DNA from: a virus
Lineage: Duplodnaviria; Caudoviricetes
IMG/VR virus record: IMGVR_UViG_3300031857_000969
Span: 1 to 30,007 of that record
Strand: one strand, 5' to 3'
DNA length: 30,007 bases
The translations under genes and the position numbers were made by a program. This document shows, piece by piece, positions 17,857-28,337 of this stretch (position 1 is its first letter; the number at the start of each line of letters is the position of its first letter). The notes beneath the pieces were generated by a model. That model was not told the DNA's origin. It searched no databases and saw nothing but the letters and a program-made list of their open reading frames with translations.

Positions 17857-18995
17857 TGCGAAAGAGCCTGTACGGGCAGAACAGAAGTCCACGCCCTAAC
17901 GCGCGCGATCGGGCTATTCCAGTAGCGAATCGAGGCACCGCTATTTTTGCCGAGATCAAACTGCGTAAGCGTGTTGTTCACGGGGCCCGCCCCCGAGGTC
18001 GCGGCAGACCCGTTAATCGACGCCGAATATCGGCCGCCGCCCGAATTTATTGCCATCTTGAACGGCGCGCTTGGCGTCCCCGCAACAGAAAGTATAGTCG
18101 TTCCCGTACCGCCGGCGACTACCAGCGAATTCAGATTCCCCGACGTGTTGACCGCCGACATGCGGTTGGTAGTCCCGCCATCGGACAAACTCAAACGCGC
18201 GTCCGTCGAGACGAACGCGGGCACGCGGCCTTCATACGCGACCGTGCAGCCATCCGGAACGATCAGCCCCGTGATCGTCGCGTCATCCGCCGCGCGCGTC
18301 ACCGCCGTGGTGGTGGTCGCAATCTCACTCGAAGCCCCCGTGCCCGTCTCGTTTTGAACGAAATCGACGGCGATGGCGTCACCGCTCGTCATGATCCGAA
18401 AACCGAACACGGGATTGACGACGGCGGCAACGGCCGGAATCGTTACGCGAGTCCAGTCTGCCGTCACGGTCACGGCCACCCAGGTCGTGCCGTTTGTGGT
18501 CATTTCGACCACGCCCGATCCGGTCACGCGCTTGACCCACGCCGACTGTTGACGCGTCGAGCTCGCCAAGGTCGCAGTCTGCAAAATCACTGCCGCCGTG
18601 CCCGTGGCGGTGATGCGGCTCGCGCTGTTGGCCACCCCGTCAATGCCCGTTTCCGTAAGGGCGGCCGTCATCAACACAGGAACCCACACCGCGTTTGTCA
18701 GATCGCGGTTCCACAGACAGCGATTTTCCCGCGATTCTTCGATCAGCAGCCCGAGCGGCGCGCGGGTCGCCGGGTCGTGCGTCAAACGCGGGACGCCGGA
18801 TGACGCCGTTTGCAGCAGGCCGTCCGACCCGAAAAACGCGGCAGTCGACGCCCGCGTGAACGTAAACCCGGGCACGGCCGTAATCGCCGAATAGCTGATG
18901 CCGTTCAGCAGGAACCGATTTGCCGCGAACCACGCGTCCACGTACGGCCGGCGCATTCCGCCGCTCAGGATTGCCGCGTGCATGGGCGACGGCAT
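17853..18995 (-). CDS. Head-spike fibre-like protein
   Basis: FTRASTA...LQTA...PR...GLLIEESREN and SEIATTTTAVTRAAD resemble the Rhodobacter GTA head-spike fibre family; C-terminal lectin-like beta domain. Confidence 0.62.
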   Translation of the reverse strand: MPSPMHAAILSGGMRRPYVDAWFAANRFLLNGISYSAITAVPGFTFTRASTAAFFGSDGLLQTASSGVPRLTHDPATRAPLGLLIEESRENRCLWNRDLTNAVWVPVLMTAALTETGIDGVANSASRITATGTAAVILQTATLASSTRQQSAWVKRVTGSGVVEMTTNGTTWVAVTVTADWTRVTIPAVAAVVNPVFGFRIMTSGDAIAVDFVQNETGTGASSEIATTTTAVTRAADDATITGLIVPDGCTVAYEGRVPAFVSTDARLSLSDGGTTNRMSAVNTSGNLNSLVVAGGTGTTILSVAGTPSAPFKMAINSGGGRYSASINGSAATSGAGPVNNTLTQFDLGKNSGASIRYWNSPIARVRAWTSVLPVQALSQ

Positions 18996-19001
18996 GCGCG
19001 G

Positions 19002-19625
19002 TTAATCCTGGAGATCGTCAAACGAAACGGTGAACACTTCGGCGGCGACGCGAGTGTATGCCGCTCGGGCCTCCAGAAGCACAAACACGGCCGAGCCCGA
19101 CGCCAGCTTCGTGTTCATGTCGAAACCGACGACGGGCAGGCCGAAACCAGCCGCGCCATCCGAAAACGCCCGGTCGATCGTGACGTCAAACGCGCCGCGG
19201 TAATCCGCCACGCCGGACGGCAGAAACGCGCCGTCGTCGCCATTTGTCACGGTGGGCGACGCCGTCCAAAGGTGAATTCGGAAGCTGGCGTTCGTCAGGA
19301 CCGAGCCGGATTTCGCCAGCTTCGCGCGACGGAGCATGAAGCTACCCGCCGCAATCCGCGACGCCGAAATGGAGATCGGAACGACACTGCCCGCCGTGGC
19401 GCTGTTCGCCACCAGATCGCCCACGGCGTAGGTTGTCACGCTGTTCGGTAGCGTCGTGCTCCCGGCCGGGTTCGCCATGACGCCCCCGGTGGTCACGACG
19501 CCGCCGGCGGCCGTGGTCACGGGGAGGGCTGCGCCGGGAGTAACGCCGATGAATTCCAGGGCGTTCGTGGAGGCGTTGCGCCGCATGATGGCGACGCCGC
19601 TATTGGCGATCGGGTCGAAATCCAT
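19002..19625 (-). CDS. Hypothetical beta-rich virion protein
   Basis: 207-aa ORF co-oriented within the fibre cluster, 6 nt from the next gene. Confidence 0.6.
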   Translation of the reverse strand: MDFDPIANSGVAIMRRNASTNALEFIGVTPGAALPVTTAAGGVVTTGGVMANPAGSTTLPNSVTTYAVGDLVANSATAGSVVPISISASRIAAGSFMLRRAKLAKSGSVLTNASFRIHLWTASPTVTNGDDGAFLPSGVADYRGAFDVTIDRAFSDGAAGFGLPVVGFDMNTKLASGSAVFVLLEARAAYTRVAAEVFTVSFDDLQD

Positions 19626-19698
19626 GGCGCAACGCCCCGCTGAAAATTGTGTTACGGCGAGGCTACCACACGATAGCCCCGATACGGAAGCGCAGCCG

Positions 19699-20031
19699 CT
19701 ACGCTTGGGTAAGCGCGGCGGGATTGATCAGCCGCAGAACGGCCGAATGGAGCTGCCCCGGGCCGAAGATCAGCGCGACTCGGTCGCAGGCCAGCGTAAC
19801 CTGTTCGGCGGTCATTTCGATTTCCGTTTCAGCGACGGCGACCCGGCAATACAGCCGCGTCAACGCCATGAACGCCTGACTTGCGCCCGGCTTCCCGTCC
19901 GTTTCCGCCCGGCCGTCGATTGCGTCCAGGATCACGTCACGGAGGGTGAAATTCGTGTCAGCCGTGCGCTTGATCGGAGCGCCTTCGCGACCGATCAGCG
20001 GGGCGGTAAGATCAAATTTTCCTTCGGCCAT
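19699..20031 (-). CDS. Small helical protein, possible fibre assembly chaperone
   Basis: ATG at 20031 with AAGGA RBS, directly after the fibre gene. Confidence 0.55.
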   Translation of the reverse strand: MAEGKFDLTAPLIGREGAPIKRTADTNFTLRDVILDAIDGRAETDGKPGASQAFMALTRLYCRVAVAETEIEMTAEQVTLACDRVALIFGPGQLHSAVLRLINPAALTQA

Positions 20032-20047
20032 TCGGCTTTTCCTTGTG

Positions 20048-22030
20048 CTAGCTGACAGTGAACGCTTGCGTGCGCGTGGTTCCATCAGATCCGCGGGCCT
20101 TGAGCGTTACGGTCGTGTTGTTCGTAAATTCGAGCGCCAGATCGCCATTTGTCGGGAGCGTGATGGACGCGCCGGGCGCGAACACCAGGCTAGAGGCGTG
20201 AATTCGCATCAAGCCGTCCTGGTTCATGTTGATGCGCGCAAGCTCGGTCGCGCCGGGTCCATTTTTAAACGAAATGTAGCCGTCCGAGCCTGTGAAAGTG
20301 CCGTTGTTGATCGTCAGGCCGTAATCGGCGCTGTGCGCGCCCGCGATGCCGATGGTGGCCTGCCCGGTGATCCCCAGAGCGCCCGTGACCGTCGTTGTCC
20401 CCGACACGCCGCGAATGACTTCAACACCGCCGGCCGACAACGCCCATGTGTCGGCGGCGGGCGACCAGAAGCCCGTGTTGGAGTCACCAGAGAAGCTGAT
20501 GCCCGGCGTACCGACCGCGCCCAACGGGGCGATGAACGTCGTGGTGGCTGTGATCGACGTACCCGCCGTGATCGACGTGCCCGCCGTGATCGTGGTCGTG
20601 GTCGCCAAAGCGCCGGTGACGCTGACAAGACCCGACACGCCCCGGATGGTCTCAACACCACCGGCCCCCAACGCCCATGTGTTCGCGGCAGGCGACCAGA
20701 GGCCGGTGTCGCTGTCGCCGCTAAAGGTGAAGCCCGGCGTTCCGACCGCTCCGAGAGGCGCGATGAACGACGTGCCGGCATAGTAACTGCGGATGCGCGA
20801 AGCACCCAAGAGGCCCTCATCGTAGGTGTTGTCGACAGTCGCGAGGGTGTGGCCGCTGGCGTTGATGCTGCGCCGCACTGTTCCGCCGGTACCGAGTTCC
20901 AGCAGGACGCCGTTGATCCTCAGCGTCCCATCTTGATTGACGTTGAGGCGCGCAAACTCAGTAGCACCGGGGCCATTTACGAACGAAATGTAGCCGTCCG
21001 AGCCCGTGAAAGTGCCGTTGCGAATTGTGATGCCGTAATCGGTGCCATGAGCGCCTGCGACTCCGATGCCCACCTGACCCACAACGTCGAGCTTTACGGC
21101 GGGCGAGGTAGTCCCGATGCCGACGTTCCCGCTGCTCATCGTCAGCGTGTCGGTCAAGTCACTCTGCATGGTGACCTTGGTGTCGGATACGATTCGCGCG
21201 AGGCCGTTCTCGCACCTCATTTCAATGTAATCGGCGTTGTTCGGGCTTCGCGCCCGAAACGGAAACCCTTCGTATGAGACCGTACCCGCGCTGTCCGACG
21301 ATAGCCAACGCGTCTGGTTAATGTCCCCCGAGTAAAGGGTGAAGCCACCCGTGCCGCCGCCAACAGACCCGCCGACGTTGATCTTGACCATGCCCGTACC
21401 GGCGGCGTTGATTTGCGTGTCGCCGTTGATCCCAGCACCACCGATGAACCGGTGCCCGCCCTCTGCGAACAGGATGAAATCATTCGCCGCGTTGGAGCCC
21501 ATGAGCCAACCGGCGTCTTGGTTGTACTCGCGGAAGTAGATGTACCGCCGATGCTGGGCCGTCAGCCCGGCTTTGATCGTAATCGAATACCGAAGATCTT
21601 GATCGTCTTCGTTATCGATCAGCAGCGCGCCCCCCGTCGCGCCGTAGGGCGTGCGGATGTGCATCCGGTAGACGGCGCTCGGGGTGGTCACGCCGAAGCC
21701 GGTGTTCCCGAGATTGTCGGTTCGCCACCGTTCCACACCACCGGTCGACGCCGCGAGCATATTGGCGGCAGGCGACCAGAAGCCCGTGTCGGTGTCGCCT
21801 ATGACGGCCCAGCCCGGCGCAGCTGCCGTGCCCGGGTCGAACCCGGTCGCTATGGGCCCGGGCGGACCCTGCGGCCCAATCGGGCCTATCGGCCCCTGGA
21901 TCCCCTGGATACCTTGCGCCCCGGTCGCCCCCGTCGCCCCCGTCGGACCCGTCGGGCCCGTCGGCCCGGTTGCGCCTGTCGCCCCGGCGGGTCCGGCCGG
22001 CCCGGTCGGGCCGTTAATGATCACGGTCAT
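20048..22030 (-). CDS. Collagen-repeat fibre protein with internal domain duplications
   Basis: N-terminal Gly-X-Y run; three GD.DTG.WSPAA repeats; [10 protein letters not shown] fibre motif; two copies of [20 protein letters not shown]. Confidence 0.8.
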   Translation of the reverse strand: MTVIINGPTGPAGPAGATGATGPTGPTGPTGATGATGAQGIQGIQGPIGPIGPQGPPGPIATGFDPGTAAAPGWAVIGDTDTGFWSPAANMLAASTGGVERWRTDNLGNTGFGVTTPSAVYRMHIRTPYGATGGALLIDNEDDQDLRYSITIKAGLTAQHRRYIYFREYNQDAGWLMGSNAANDFILFAEGGHRFIGGAGINGDTQINAAGTGMVKINVGGSVGGGTGGFTLYSGDINQTRWLSSDSAGTVSYEGFPFRARSPNNADYIEMRCENGLARIVSDTKVTMQSDLTDTLTMSSGNVGIGTTSPAVKLDVVGQVGIGVAGAHGTDYGITIRNGTFTGSDGYISFVNGPGATEFARLNVNQDGTLRINGVLLELGTGGTVRRSINASGHTLATVDNTYDEGLLGASRIRSYYAGTSFIAPLGAVGTPGFTFSGDSDTGLWSPAANTWALGAGGVETIRGVSGLVSVTGALATTTTITAGTSITAGTSITATTTFIAPLGAVGTPGISFSGDSNTGFWSPAADTWALSAGGVEVIRGVSGTTTVTGALGITGQATIGIAGAHSADYGLTINNGTFTGSDGYISFKNGPGATELARINMNQDGLMRIHASSLVFAPGASITLPTNGDLALEFTNNTTVTLKARGSDGTTRTQAFTVS

Positions 22031-22428
22031 TCGTCGACTACCACAAAAACGCTGGGGGGCTGGGGTCCGCTACCCGGAACGTATGCCGGGCCGGCGGGGG
22101 CGGTACGGTAGCCATAGCCTTGGATTACGCCGGACCACGGCACGACTGGGTACGTCGGCGTCTCATTCACCAGCGCGAAATTGGCGCGCGTCCACGGCAC
22201 GACGTCTTCCGTGTTCGTCCAGGTCACGCGAATCAGACGGGTGTAGACGTCCGGGCCGGCCGCAAGCGCGACGCGAAACTGGCCGCTCACTTCGAAAAAC
22301 AGCGCCCATGTCGAAATGTCCTGAAACACGCCGCCCTCGCGAAACTTCACGGGGATGTACAGCGAGGACCGGCCGTGCAGATCGATATTGCCCGCTTCGT
22401 CGACCACAGGCGGCATGACGGCGGACAT
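22027..22428 (-). CDS. Hypothetical protein, possible fibre adaptor
   Basis: 133 aa with GGAG RBS; ATGA overlap with the fibre gene. Confidence 0.6.
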   Translation of the reverse strand: MSAVMPPVVDEAGNIDLHGRSSLYIPVKFREGGVFQDISTWALFFEVSGQFRVALAAGPDVYTRLIRVTWTNTEDVVPWTRANFALVNETPTYPVVPWSGVIQGYGYRTAPAGPAYVPGSGPQPPSVFVVVDE

Positions 22429-22458
22429 GGGCGACGGGCTCCGAAAACAGTAGCCGGC

Positions 22459-22487
22459 ACATTGCCACGGGCGGCCCTAGGCGTCAA
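22459..22487 (-). promoter_or_regulatory. Possible sigma70-type promoter for the fibre cluster
   Basis: TTGACG-N17-CAATGT in the 72-bp intergenic gap. Confidence 0.35.
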
Positions 22488-22500
22488 ACCCGAGCACGCC

Positions 22501-23310
22501 TCACGAATCGAACCCGGGCACGACGGCTTTGCTCACGCATCGGCAGTTCGGTTCGACCCCCGGCCACGTCCATTTACCTTCAAGAAACGCGCCCTTGGCG
22601 ACGTCATAGGTCTGGCCGCTAAACGCCACATGCTCGGGTCGCGGCTCTTTTCCGCCCCCCGAATGCAGCCAAACAGCCTTCGTCACGCCGACCTCTTGCT
22701 GACGCACGCGCGTAAGCGCCGCCGTCGCCTTGTTCGTCTGGTCGCGTGCGATGAACGCCGCCCGCCGCCGCGTGATCCCCGTGCGCCGCTCTAGCGTGTC
22801 CGTGAGCGTCGCCAGGTCGCGGCCGGACTGAATCGCCCGCATCACGTCGCCCTGCACCTGCGTGAAATACTGCGACGGTATCGACCGAATGAGCTGCACA
22901 TTCTCCGCGATGGTCGCCTGCAACACGTCGTTCTGCGTCGCGGTCATCCGGAACCGCACGGTGAACCCGTACTTGCGGAGCGCCGCCATCAGCGCCCGGT
23001 CGGATCGATCCGCGACCGCCTTGGCGAAGTGCTCGGCCATGATCACGGCGAGTTTGTCGAAATTGCGATTCCAGCGCCGCGCCAGTAGCCGCATGGCCCG
23101 TTCCATTTCGCGCGCGGGGCTGGCGTCCATACTGAGGACGCCCCCTAAGTCCTGGGCGAGCTCGGGCGGATTGGCGCGGTAATTGGCCCGCAGCCAATAG
23201 ATGACGGAACGCGTCATGTCATCCACGGCCGTTTCGAGCCGCTTCTGGTAGGCGGTGCGAATCCCGACGTTTGGGCGGGCGGCGGGGAGGGTCTTAGGTT
23301 TCGAAGCCAT
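22501..23310 (-). CDS. Head morphogenesis protein (SPP1 gp7/Mu gpF family)
   Basis: RAAFIARDQTNK, WLHS...RPEH, PGVEPNCRC; follows the portal. Confidence 0.9.
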   Translation of the reverse strand: MASKPKTLPAARPNVGIRTAYQKRLETAVDDMTRSVIYWLRANYRANPPELAQDLGGVLSMDASPAREMERAMRLLARRWNRNFDKLAVIMAEHFAKAVADRSDRALMAALRKYGFTVRFRMTATQNDVLQATIAENVQLIRSIPSQYFTQVQGDVMRAIQSGRDLATLTDTLERRTGITRRRAAFIARDQTNKATAALTRVRQQEVGVTKAVWLHSGGGKEPRPEHVAFSGQTYDVAKGAFLEGKWTWPGVEPNCRCVSKAVVPGFDS

Positions 23311-24763
23311 CGCCCGGCTCGTCAGTCAGATCGGCGCCCGGCTCGTCAGTCAGATCGGCGGGCGGCTCGGGGACGTCCGACACGTCTAGGCCGTGGTATG
23401 GGCCCTCACGGTCGGCGGCCAGTCGCGCGCGGACTTCCTCGGCCGACAACACCCCGCCGTCTACGTACACCATATCCGTGTCGGCGTTTGTCTTCCGGAT
23501 GGTCGCCGTGGTCGAGTCGTCGTCTTCCCAAAGCGAATTCCAGTTCGCCACGATCGTGTCGTCAATGTCGCCAAATTCGTTGAGCTGAATCAGGTCCATG
23601 ACGTATTTCAACGGCGCGCTGAACAGGGCTTCCTGTTGCGACGCAATCCAAGCGTAATACGTTTTGATTTCGCCATCGCTGGACGCGTTCAGCCCGGACG
23701 GCGTGATGCCCAGCAACACTACCAGGGGGATACCGGCGACGCTGGCCATTTGCTCTTGCGACTGGGCTTGGAGTTTATCCAGGCTGGACAGCGGCGTCGA
23801 CACGTTCACGAATTCCTCGGTCTCCATGTCGACCATGGAAACGCCGCGGTTATCGCGGGTCCGCGTGAACAGTTCGGCACGGGCGATCAACGCCTCTGCG
23901 CCGCCTTCGTTCAGCACCGTGCCGAGATTCGTTTTGATGACGTCTTTCGAGTAGTTGCTTACCAGATCGCTTACGGACTGACGCGTGCGAATCCAGTTGT
24001 CGACGTACGGTTTTGCGAGCTGCGACATGGACAGGCCGCCGAACGAGTACGCCGGTTTCAGAATGTCCGGCAGAGGCCGCGACACGAACGTCAGCAGTCG
24101 CGAACGGTGAACCGACTTACCCATGACCAGCCACGAGCGCGGTTTGTAAAAGTCGGGGTGCAGCGGGTCGTTTGCGTCGTATTGGTCTGGGTACGTCCAG
24201 AGCGGTTCAACGGTGCGGAACCCCACGAGCGACCCGGCCTTGACCTTGCGCTTATCCAGAAACAGCGGCGTTTTCAGTTCTTCCGGGTCGTCCGTTTTCC
24301 CGGTGTCGACGTAGAGGTGGCCGCGCCCAAAAAACCCGTCGAGTTCGGCGACCTTGCGAAACAGCTCCTGAACGGAGAATTTCCGCATGGCTTCCGTAAG
24401 CCGGGCGACCCGGTCGGTTTTCTCGTCACCCGTCGCCGTGACTGTGACCCACCGGCGCGTCATGTCTTTCGCCAGAATTTCGCTGATGCGGCGGTATTCG
24501 GGCCGCTGCGTCAGTTCGGCCAGGTACGGATACCCCGGGAAAAACAGCCCCTCACTGATGCCTGCGTACGGGCCGTTCATAGCCCAGCCGTACACGGCCG
24601 CATCGTCCATCGCCATGGCCGGCGCAAGCCCGGTAACGCCCGGCGGCGGTTCGGCCGGCGTAAACGGCGTGCGACCGCCGACCTGTTCGGTCACGGGGGC
24701 GAGCATTTGCCCGCGTGCGCGATCAGAAATCTTCATCGGGCGACGACGAGCGGGCGGTTTCAT
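23294..24763 (-). CDS. Portal protein (DUF1073-like)
   Basis: ATG at 24763 overlapping the TerL stop; [39 protein letters not shown]. Confidence 0.88.
   Translation of the reverse strand: MKPPARRRPMKISDRARGQMLAPVTEQVGGRTPFTPAEPPPGVTGLAPAMAMDDAAVYGWAMNGPYAGISEGLFFPGYPYLAELTQRPEYRRISEILAKDMTRRWVTVTATGDEKTDRVARLTEAMRKFSVQELFRKVAELDGFFGRGHLYVDTGKTDDPEELKTPLFLDKRKVKAGSLVGFRTVEPLWTYPDQYDANDPLHPDFYKPRSWLVMGKSVHRSRLLTFVSRPLPDILKPAYSFGGLSMSQLAKPYVDNWIRTRQSVSDLVSNYSKDVIKTNLGTVLNEGGAEALIARAELFTRTRDNRGVSMVDMETEEFVNVSTPLSSLDKLQAQSQEQMASVAGIPLVVLLGITPSGLNASSDGEIKTYYAWIASQQEALFSAPLKYVMDLIQLNEFGDIDDTIVANWNSLWEDDDSTTATIRKTNADTDMVYVDGGVLSAEEVRARLAADREGPYHGLDVSDVPEPPADLTDEPGADLTDEPGDGFET
23311..23358. repeat. 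Perfect 24-bp tandem duplication in portal C-terminus (ADLTDEPG x2)
   Basis: CGCCCGGCTCGTCAGTCAGATCGG occurs twice in tandem. Confidence 0.9.
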
Positions 24764-26355
24764 ATCTTTGCCAGGGCCCCGAGATTGATGCGCATGGGTT
24801 CGCGCGAGGTCTGACTGTATGCGATCATGACCGCATCCGCTAGGTTCGGCGACTTGCTGCCGTCCGGGGCCTTGTCCACCACGATTTTGCCGGCCAGATT
24901 CAGCGAATACGTCGGCTGCGACAGTTCGCCCGACAATTTCGTGAGGCAGGCCAGATCCGGCGAAAGGTCGATAATGTCGTCCGGATTGTAGGGCGCGCTG
25001 GCGGTCACGGCGCGGTGGGTCGCGAGGAACCGCTTCCGTAGCCCCCACCAGGCTTGCGCTTTCTTATTCGAAAAGAAATCGGCGTTTTTCCGCCCGGGCT
25101 CATCGCTCCCGTCCGGGTTATAGACCGCTTCGCTTCCCCGGAACGGCCGGACGTCGATTTGACGTTGGCCGGCCTCGGCACGCAAGGCGTTGATCACCCG
25201 CGCGTCACCCCGAACACCCGCGCCAAGGCCGTCCGCATCATACAGAAAGCCCGGGAGCGAAAGCGCGTCGCACGCACTAAACACCCGCTGCACCGAACCA
25301 AATATGTCATCCCCGATTCCGCGCCATTCCTCCAGATAGTGCAGCCGCGGGCCGTGACGGGCGGCTAGGGCGAGGTTATCCCGGCCTTCATCGGCGACGT
25401 CGAAACCGCCCACATGGCCGCCCGTGGGCGCGATACCCAGCTTGCGGCATGCGTCGACCGCCGATTGAACCCACGCGCTGGGTATCAGCACGCCTTCCGC
25501 GCTGGCGCTATAGTCGCGGTTCACCTCCTGGGCGAGCGTCACGGGGTCCAGCTCGGCTTCCTGCTTCGCGTACCAGGCGTCGTCTTTCCGGGGGTCGTCG
25601 CGCCAATCGAACACAAACACGTCGATTTTTCCCGAGTGCCGCTTGATCTCGAATGGGTTGCCTCGGCCGTTGACCGACGACACATCGATACGGCAGTTCG
25701 TCGTCTGCGATAGCGACGCCTCCACGAGCTGCGGGCGCTCCAGGAACGCCGCCTCGTCAACGAAATAGATGGACGCCCGGTCGCCCCGCCCGATGCCGTC
25801 GCCTGCCTCGCCGGTGATATGCGAATTCGTCGCCGGGAATTTGATCCGCATGTGCGGAGCGTCAGTCTTCACGTCCCACCCGTTCAGGAATTCCGGCGGA
25901 AGGTTTTTCAGGAACATGCGCGCCTTGAAAAACAGCGACTTCGGGCTGTCCAGCTTGTCGACGTATTCCTCTTTGCGCGACCCGAACCCGATAGATACCC
26001 CTTCGTTGAACAGACAAAGCGTGCTGGCCGTCGCCACCGCTAGCCACGAAATACCGCAGTCGCGTGATTTCTCCGTGAGCCCAGGCGAACGGCCGCGCCA
26101 GTGCTCCAACACCCAATCAATCCATTCGCGTTGTCGCGGAAACAACATGAACGGGATGGTCGACGGAAGGCCGATATCGGCATTACGCGGATCGAAAGTC
26201 ACGCCCCAGTCGTTTATGAAGTCGGCCGGGTGCTGGCGATAGAACGCTTTAAGCGGGGGCAGGCGCGCGGCCGGGTCCTCGCGAATCCACTGGAGCCGGC
26301 GGATGCGCTCGGCCAGCACCGGCACGTAATCGGGATTTTTCCAATCGAAGGTCAC
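24760..26355 (-). CDS. terL: Terminase large subunit (start uncertain: 26355 or 26376)
   Basis: KSRDCGISW Walker A variant, YFVDEAA Walker B, VSS coupling motif, GFDVA and SPNLADA nuclease motifs. Confidence 0.92.
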   Translation of the reverse strand: MTFDWKNPDYVPVLAERIRRLQWIREDPAARLPPLKAFYRQHPADFINDWGVTFDPRNADIGLPSTIPFMLFPRQREWIDWVLEHWRGRSPGLTEKSRDCGISWLAVATASTLCLFNEGVSIGFGSRKEEYVDKLDSPKSLFFKARMFLKNLPPEFLNGWDVKTDAPHMRIKFPATNSHITGEAGDGIGRGDRASIYFVDEAAFLERPQLVEASLSQTTNCRIDVSSVNGRGNPFEIKRHSGKIDVFVFDWRDDPRKDDAWYAKQEAELDPVTLAQEVNRDYSASAEGVLIPSAWVQSAVDACRKLGIAPTGGHVGGFDVADEGRDNLALAARHGPRLHYLEEWRGIGDDIFGSVQRVFSACDALSLPGFLYDADGLGAGVRGDARVINALRAEAGQRQIDVRPFRGSEAVYNPDGSDEPGRKNADFFSNKKAQAWWGLRKRFLATHRAVTASAPYNPDDIIDLSPDLACLTKLSGELSQPTYSLNLAGKIVVDKAPDGSKSPNLADAVMIAYSQTSREPMRINLGALAKI

Positions 26356-26513
26356 GGGGGTGGCGGATACGTCCACGAATAACCGCACGCGCCGCGCGCC
26401 CGAATCGGTTTGTCCGGGCCGCATTTCGGGCACATTCCCGCGAACACGCGCACTGCGTTGCCCGGTTGGCGTTCAACCGTACGAATGATCACGTCCGTCG
26501 CGGCCCGGTTCAT
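26352..26513 (-). CDS. Small Cys-containing hypothetical protein (53 aa)
   Basis: ATGA and GTGA overlaps with both neighbours; CPKC motif. Confidence 0.5.
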   Translation of the reverse strand: MNRAATDVIIRTVERQPGNAVRVFAGMCPKCGPDKPIRARGACGYSWTYPPPP

Positions 26514-26890
26514 TCGCAGGCCCTCACGGCTGCGACCAGGTCGGCCAGCGGCCCGGGCGGAAGCGTCACCGGCGCGGCGTCCATGTTGATCGACACGAGA
26601 TAATTCGCCAGCGCCGGCGCGACGTCCGCCACCGGCTCCCACGCCGCTTCGCGCTCCTCGGCTTCACGCTCCAGCTCGGCTAGGCGCTCACGCACGTCCG
26701 ACACGACGCCCTCCAGTTCGTCCAGCATTTCCGGGAGCGTTTTCGGTTCGCTCATGGCCTTGATCGTCGCGTCGCGCTTTGCCAGGGTCGCTTCCGCGCA
26801 CTGGAGCGCCTCGGGGGTGCAGCACACGCACGCGCCCAGATCGGGGAGGTCGGACAGGTAGTGCGTGCCGGTGCAATACTCGCATGTCAT
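26510..26890 (-). CDS. Hypothetical protein with CxxC pairs and coiled coil
   Basis: CEYC...CVCC followed by a heptad-rich acidic helix. Confidence 0.65.
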   Translation of the reverse strand: MTCEYCTGTHYLSDLPDLGACVCCTPEALQCAEATLAKRDATIKAMSEPKTLPEMLDELEGVVSDVRERLAELEREAEEREAAWEPVADVAPALANYLVSINMDAAPVTLPPGPLADLVAAVRACE

Positions 26891-26919
26891 GGGGTCGGTC
26901 CCGCCTTGTGATGGCCCGC

Positions 26920-26949
26920 ACCCTAGCGCCGCCGTGACCGACCCGTCAA
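26920..26949 (-). promoter_or_regulatory. Possible sigma70-type promoter upstream of the packaging genes
   Basis: TTGACG-N18-TAGGGT (GCTAGGGT) just upstream of the 26890 start. Confidence 0.4.
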
Positions 26950-27251
26950 CACGCTTTCCGCGCGTCCGTCAAGCGGTCGGCCAGCGACTGCCCCCAATCG
27001 GCCAGCTCGCCCAGCCACGTCAGATACGCCGCCGTGGCCGCGCGTTCGTCGGCCGTTACCGGCGCGGGGATGCCTGCCGCATCCGGAACGCGTGGCCGAG
27101 CGGGCAGTTCCGCGCACACGCTGGGCGGCGGTTTACTTGGGGCGGGCGTCACTGGCGGGAGAGGCTTCCCCCACCACGTCGCGCAGCTCGCGAGCGCCAA
27201 TGATGCCGCGCAAACCACCAGGGCGCGCGGGAGCCGTCGTGACGCGTTCAA
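26946..27251 (-). CDS. o-spanin (Rz1-like lipoprotein); start uncertain
   Basis: Lipobox LALASC, Pro-rich mature part; overlaps the i-spanin 3' end in another frame. Confidence 0.78.
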   Translation of the reverse strand: MNASRRLPRALVVCAASLALASCATWWGKPLPPVTPAPSKPPPSVCAELPARPRVPDAAGIPAPVTADERAATAAYLTWLGELADWGQSLADRLTDARKAC

Positions 27252-27501
27252 TGGTTCGCCCTCTCGTTACCGCAGCGGCTAAGCCGGCGGCGCATGTCGT
27301 CTGGAGACTGTCATAGCTCGCAACCGCCGCCGCCGCGTCACGCGTGCGCGCTTTCTCGCTAACGGTCACGGCGGTACGGGCTGCGTCGCGTTCGGCGGTG
27401 CGCACCGCCAGATCGCGCCCCAGCCGCTGGGCGTGACCCGCCGTCACAGCCAGTCCGAGCGCCAACGCCACAATCGCTCCGATAAACCACGGGCGCGGCA
27501 T
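27133..27501 (-). CDS. i-spanin (Rz-like)
   Basis: N-terminal transmembrane segment then Ala/Arg-rich helix; TAATG overlap with the endolysin. Confidence 0.75.
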   Translation of the reverse strand: MPRPWFIGAIVALALGLAVTAGHAQRLGRDLAVRTAERDAARTAVTVSEKARTRDAAAAVASYDSLQTTCAAGLAAAVTRGRTIERVTTAPARPGGLRGIIGARELRDVVGEASPASDARPK

Positions 27502-27881
27502 TACGCCACCACGACCAGATCGCGGTCGCCGGACGCCCAAATGCGATCACGGATGGCCCGGGGCAGAATGATGCACCCATGCGACGCGGTGCCGGGTGAA
27601 CGGATCGAATCCCCGTGGATCCGAAACGCCGAACGGCCCGTGCCCGCGTGCGTATCGTCAGCGACGCCATCAACCGCTTCCAATTTCAGCGCGGCCGGCC
27701 CGACGTTTCGCGAGTCATACCGTTCCGTAATTCGCCAGCGGCCGGCCGGGATCGGCCCAATGCCACGCGCGTCCTGGGCGGCAGGGTTGTTTTTCCCCCA
27801 CTCCCGTCCGCTGTAGCCGGTAGCGACATGCGCACCGTCGTGCGTGAGGACGCCGCTCGATTGGTCGTATTTCCAGGTCAT
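27501..27881 (-). CDS. Putative endolysin, Tlde1/DUF2778 (L,D-transpeptidase-like) family
   Basis: GYSG...GPIPAG.W...R.AFRIHGD...ASHGCI with catalytic His/Cys; lies between holin and spanins. Confidence 0.8.
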   Translation of the reverse strand: MTWKYDQSSGVLTHDGAHVATGYSGREWGKNNPAAQDARGIGPIPAGRWRITERYDSRNVGPAALKLEAVDGVADDTHAGTGRSAFRIHGDSIRSPGTASHGCIILPRAIRDRIWASGDRDLVVVA

Positions 27882-28162
27882 GGCTTGCCGTCTCCAAGGG
27901 CCACCAGACCCGGCGGCTCCGTCGCGTTGGTTCCACGAATCATCGCCCACGCCGCGCCGGCGACCGCGACGATGAACGCGCCCAGACCCGTAAGATACGC
28001 GCCCCATTCCGGCGCAGTCGGTTGGCGCGTGATCGCCACCGTGACGGTCACGCCGATGGCCAGCAACAGGCATACGAGCGTGATCAGCACGCCCAGCGCC
28101 CGGCCCAGCGCCCACGTCTCGCCGTCCAGACCGGTAAGCCAATCCTGGACAAGCTTACCCAT
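27878..28162 (-). CDS. Putative holin (2 TM)
   Basis: Two hydrophobic segments; directly upstream of the endolysin with ATGA overlap. Confidence 0.65.
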   Translation of the reverse strand: MGKLVQDWLTGLDGETWALGRALGVLITLVCLLLAIGVTVTVAITRQPTAPEWGAYLTGLGAFIVAVAGAAWAMIRGTNATEPPGLVALGDGKP

Positions 28163-28337
28163 GGCCGACCACCCCACGCAACGTTCCGGACGCTACGGCC
28201 AGCGACAGCATGCCGATTCCCGCCCCCGCGCCAAACAGCCACCAAATCGAGCGTTCGAGCGCCGCAACGCGGTCGCCCAGCGTTTTTATGTCCTCACGGG
28301 CCTCAGTCAACAGGGCGTGAATCGTCTCCGGACTCAT
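28155..28337 (-). CDS. Small coiled-coil plus single-TM protein (holin/antiholin-like)
   Basis: DIKTLGDRVAALER followed by a hydrophobic segment; inside the lysis cluster. Confidence 0.55.
   Translation of the reverse strand: MSPETIHALLTEAREDIKTLGDRVAALERSIWWLFGAGAGIGMLSLAVASGTLRGVVGHG

Noticed and set aside
23294-24763. Anti-CBASS Acb1 label sometimes attached to DUF1073-like proteins
   Set aside because: Size, motifs and position between terL and the gp7-like gene indicate a portal.
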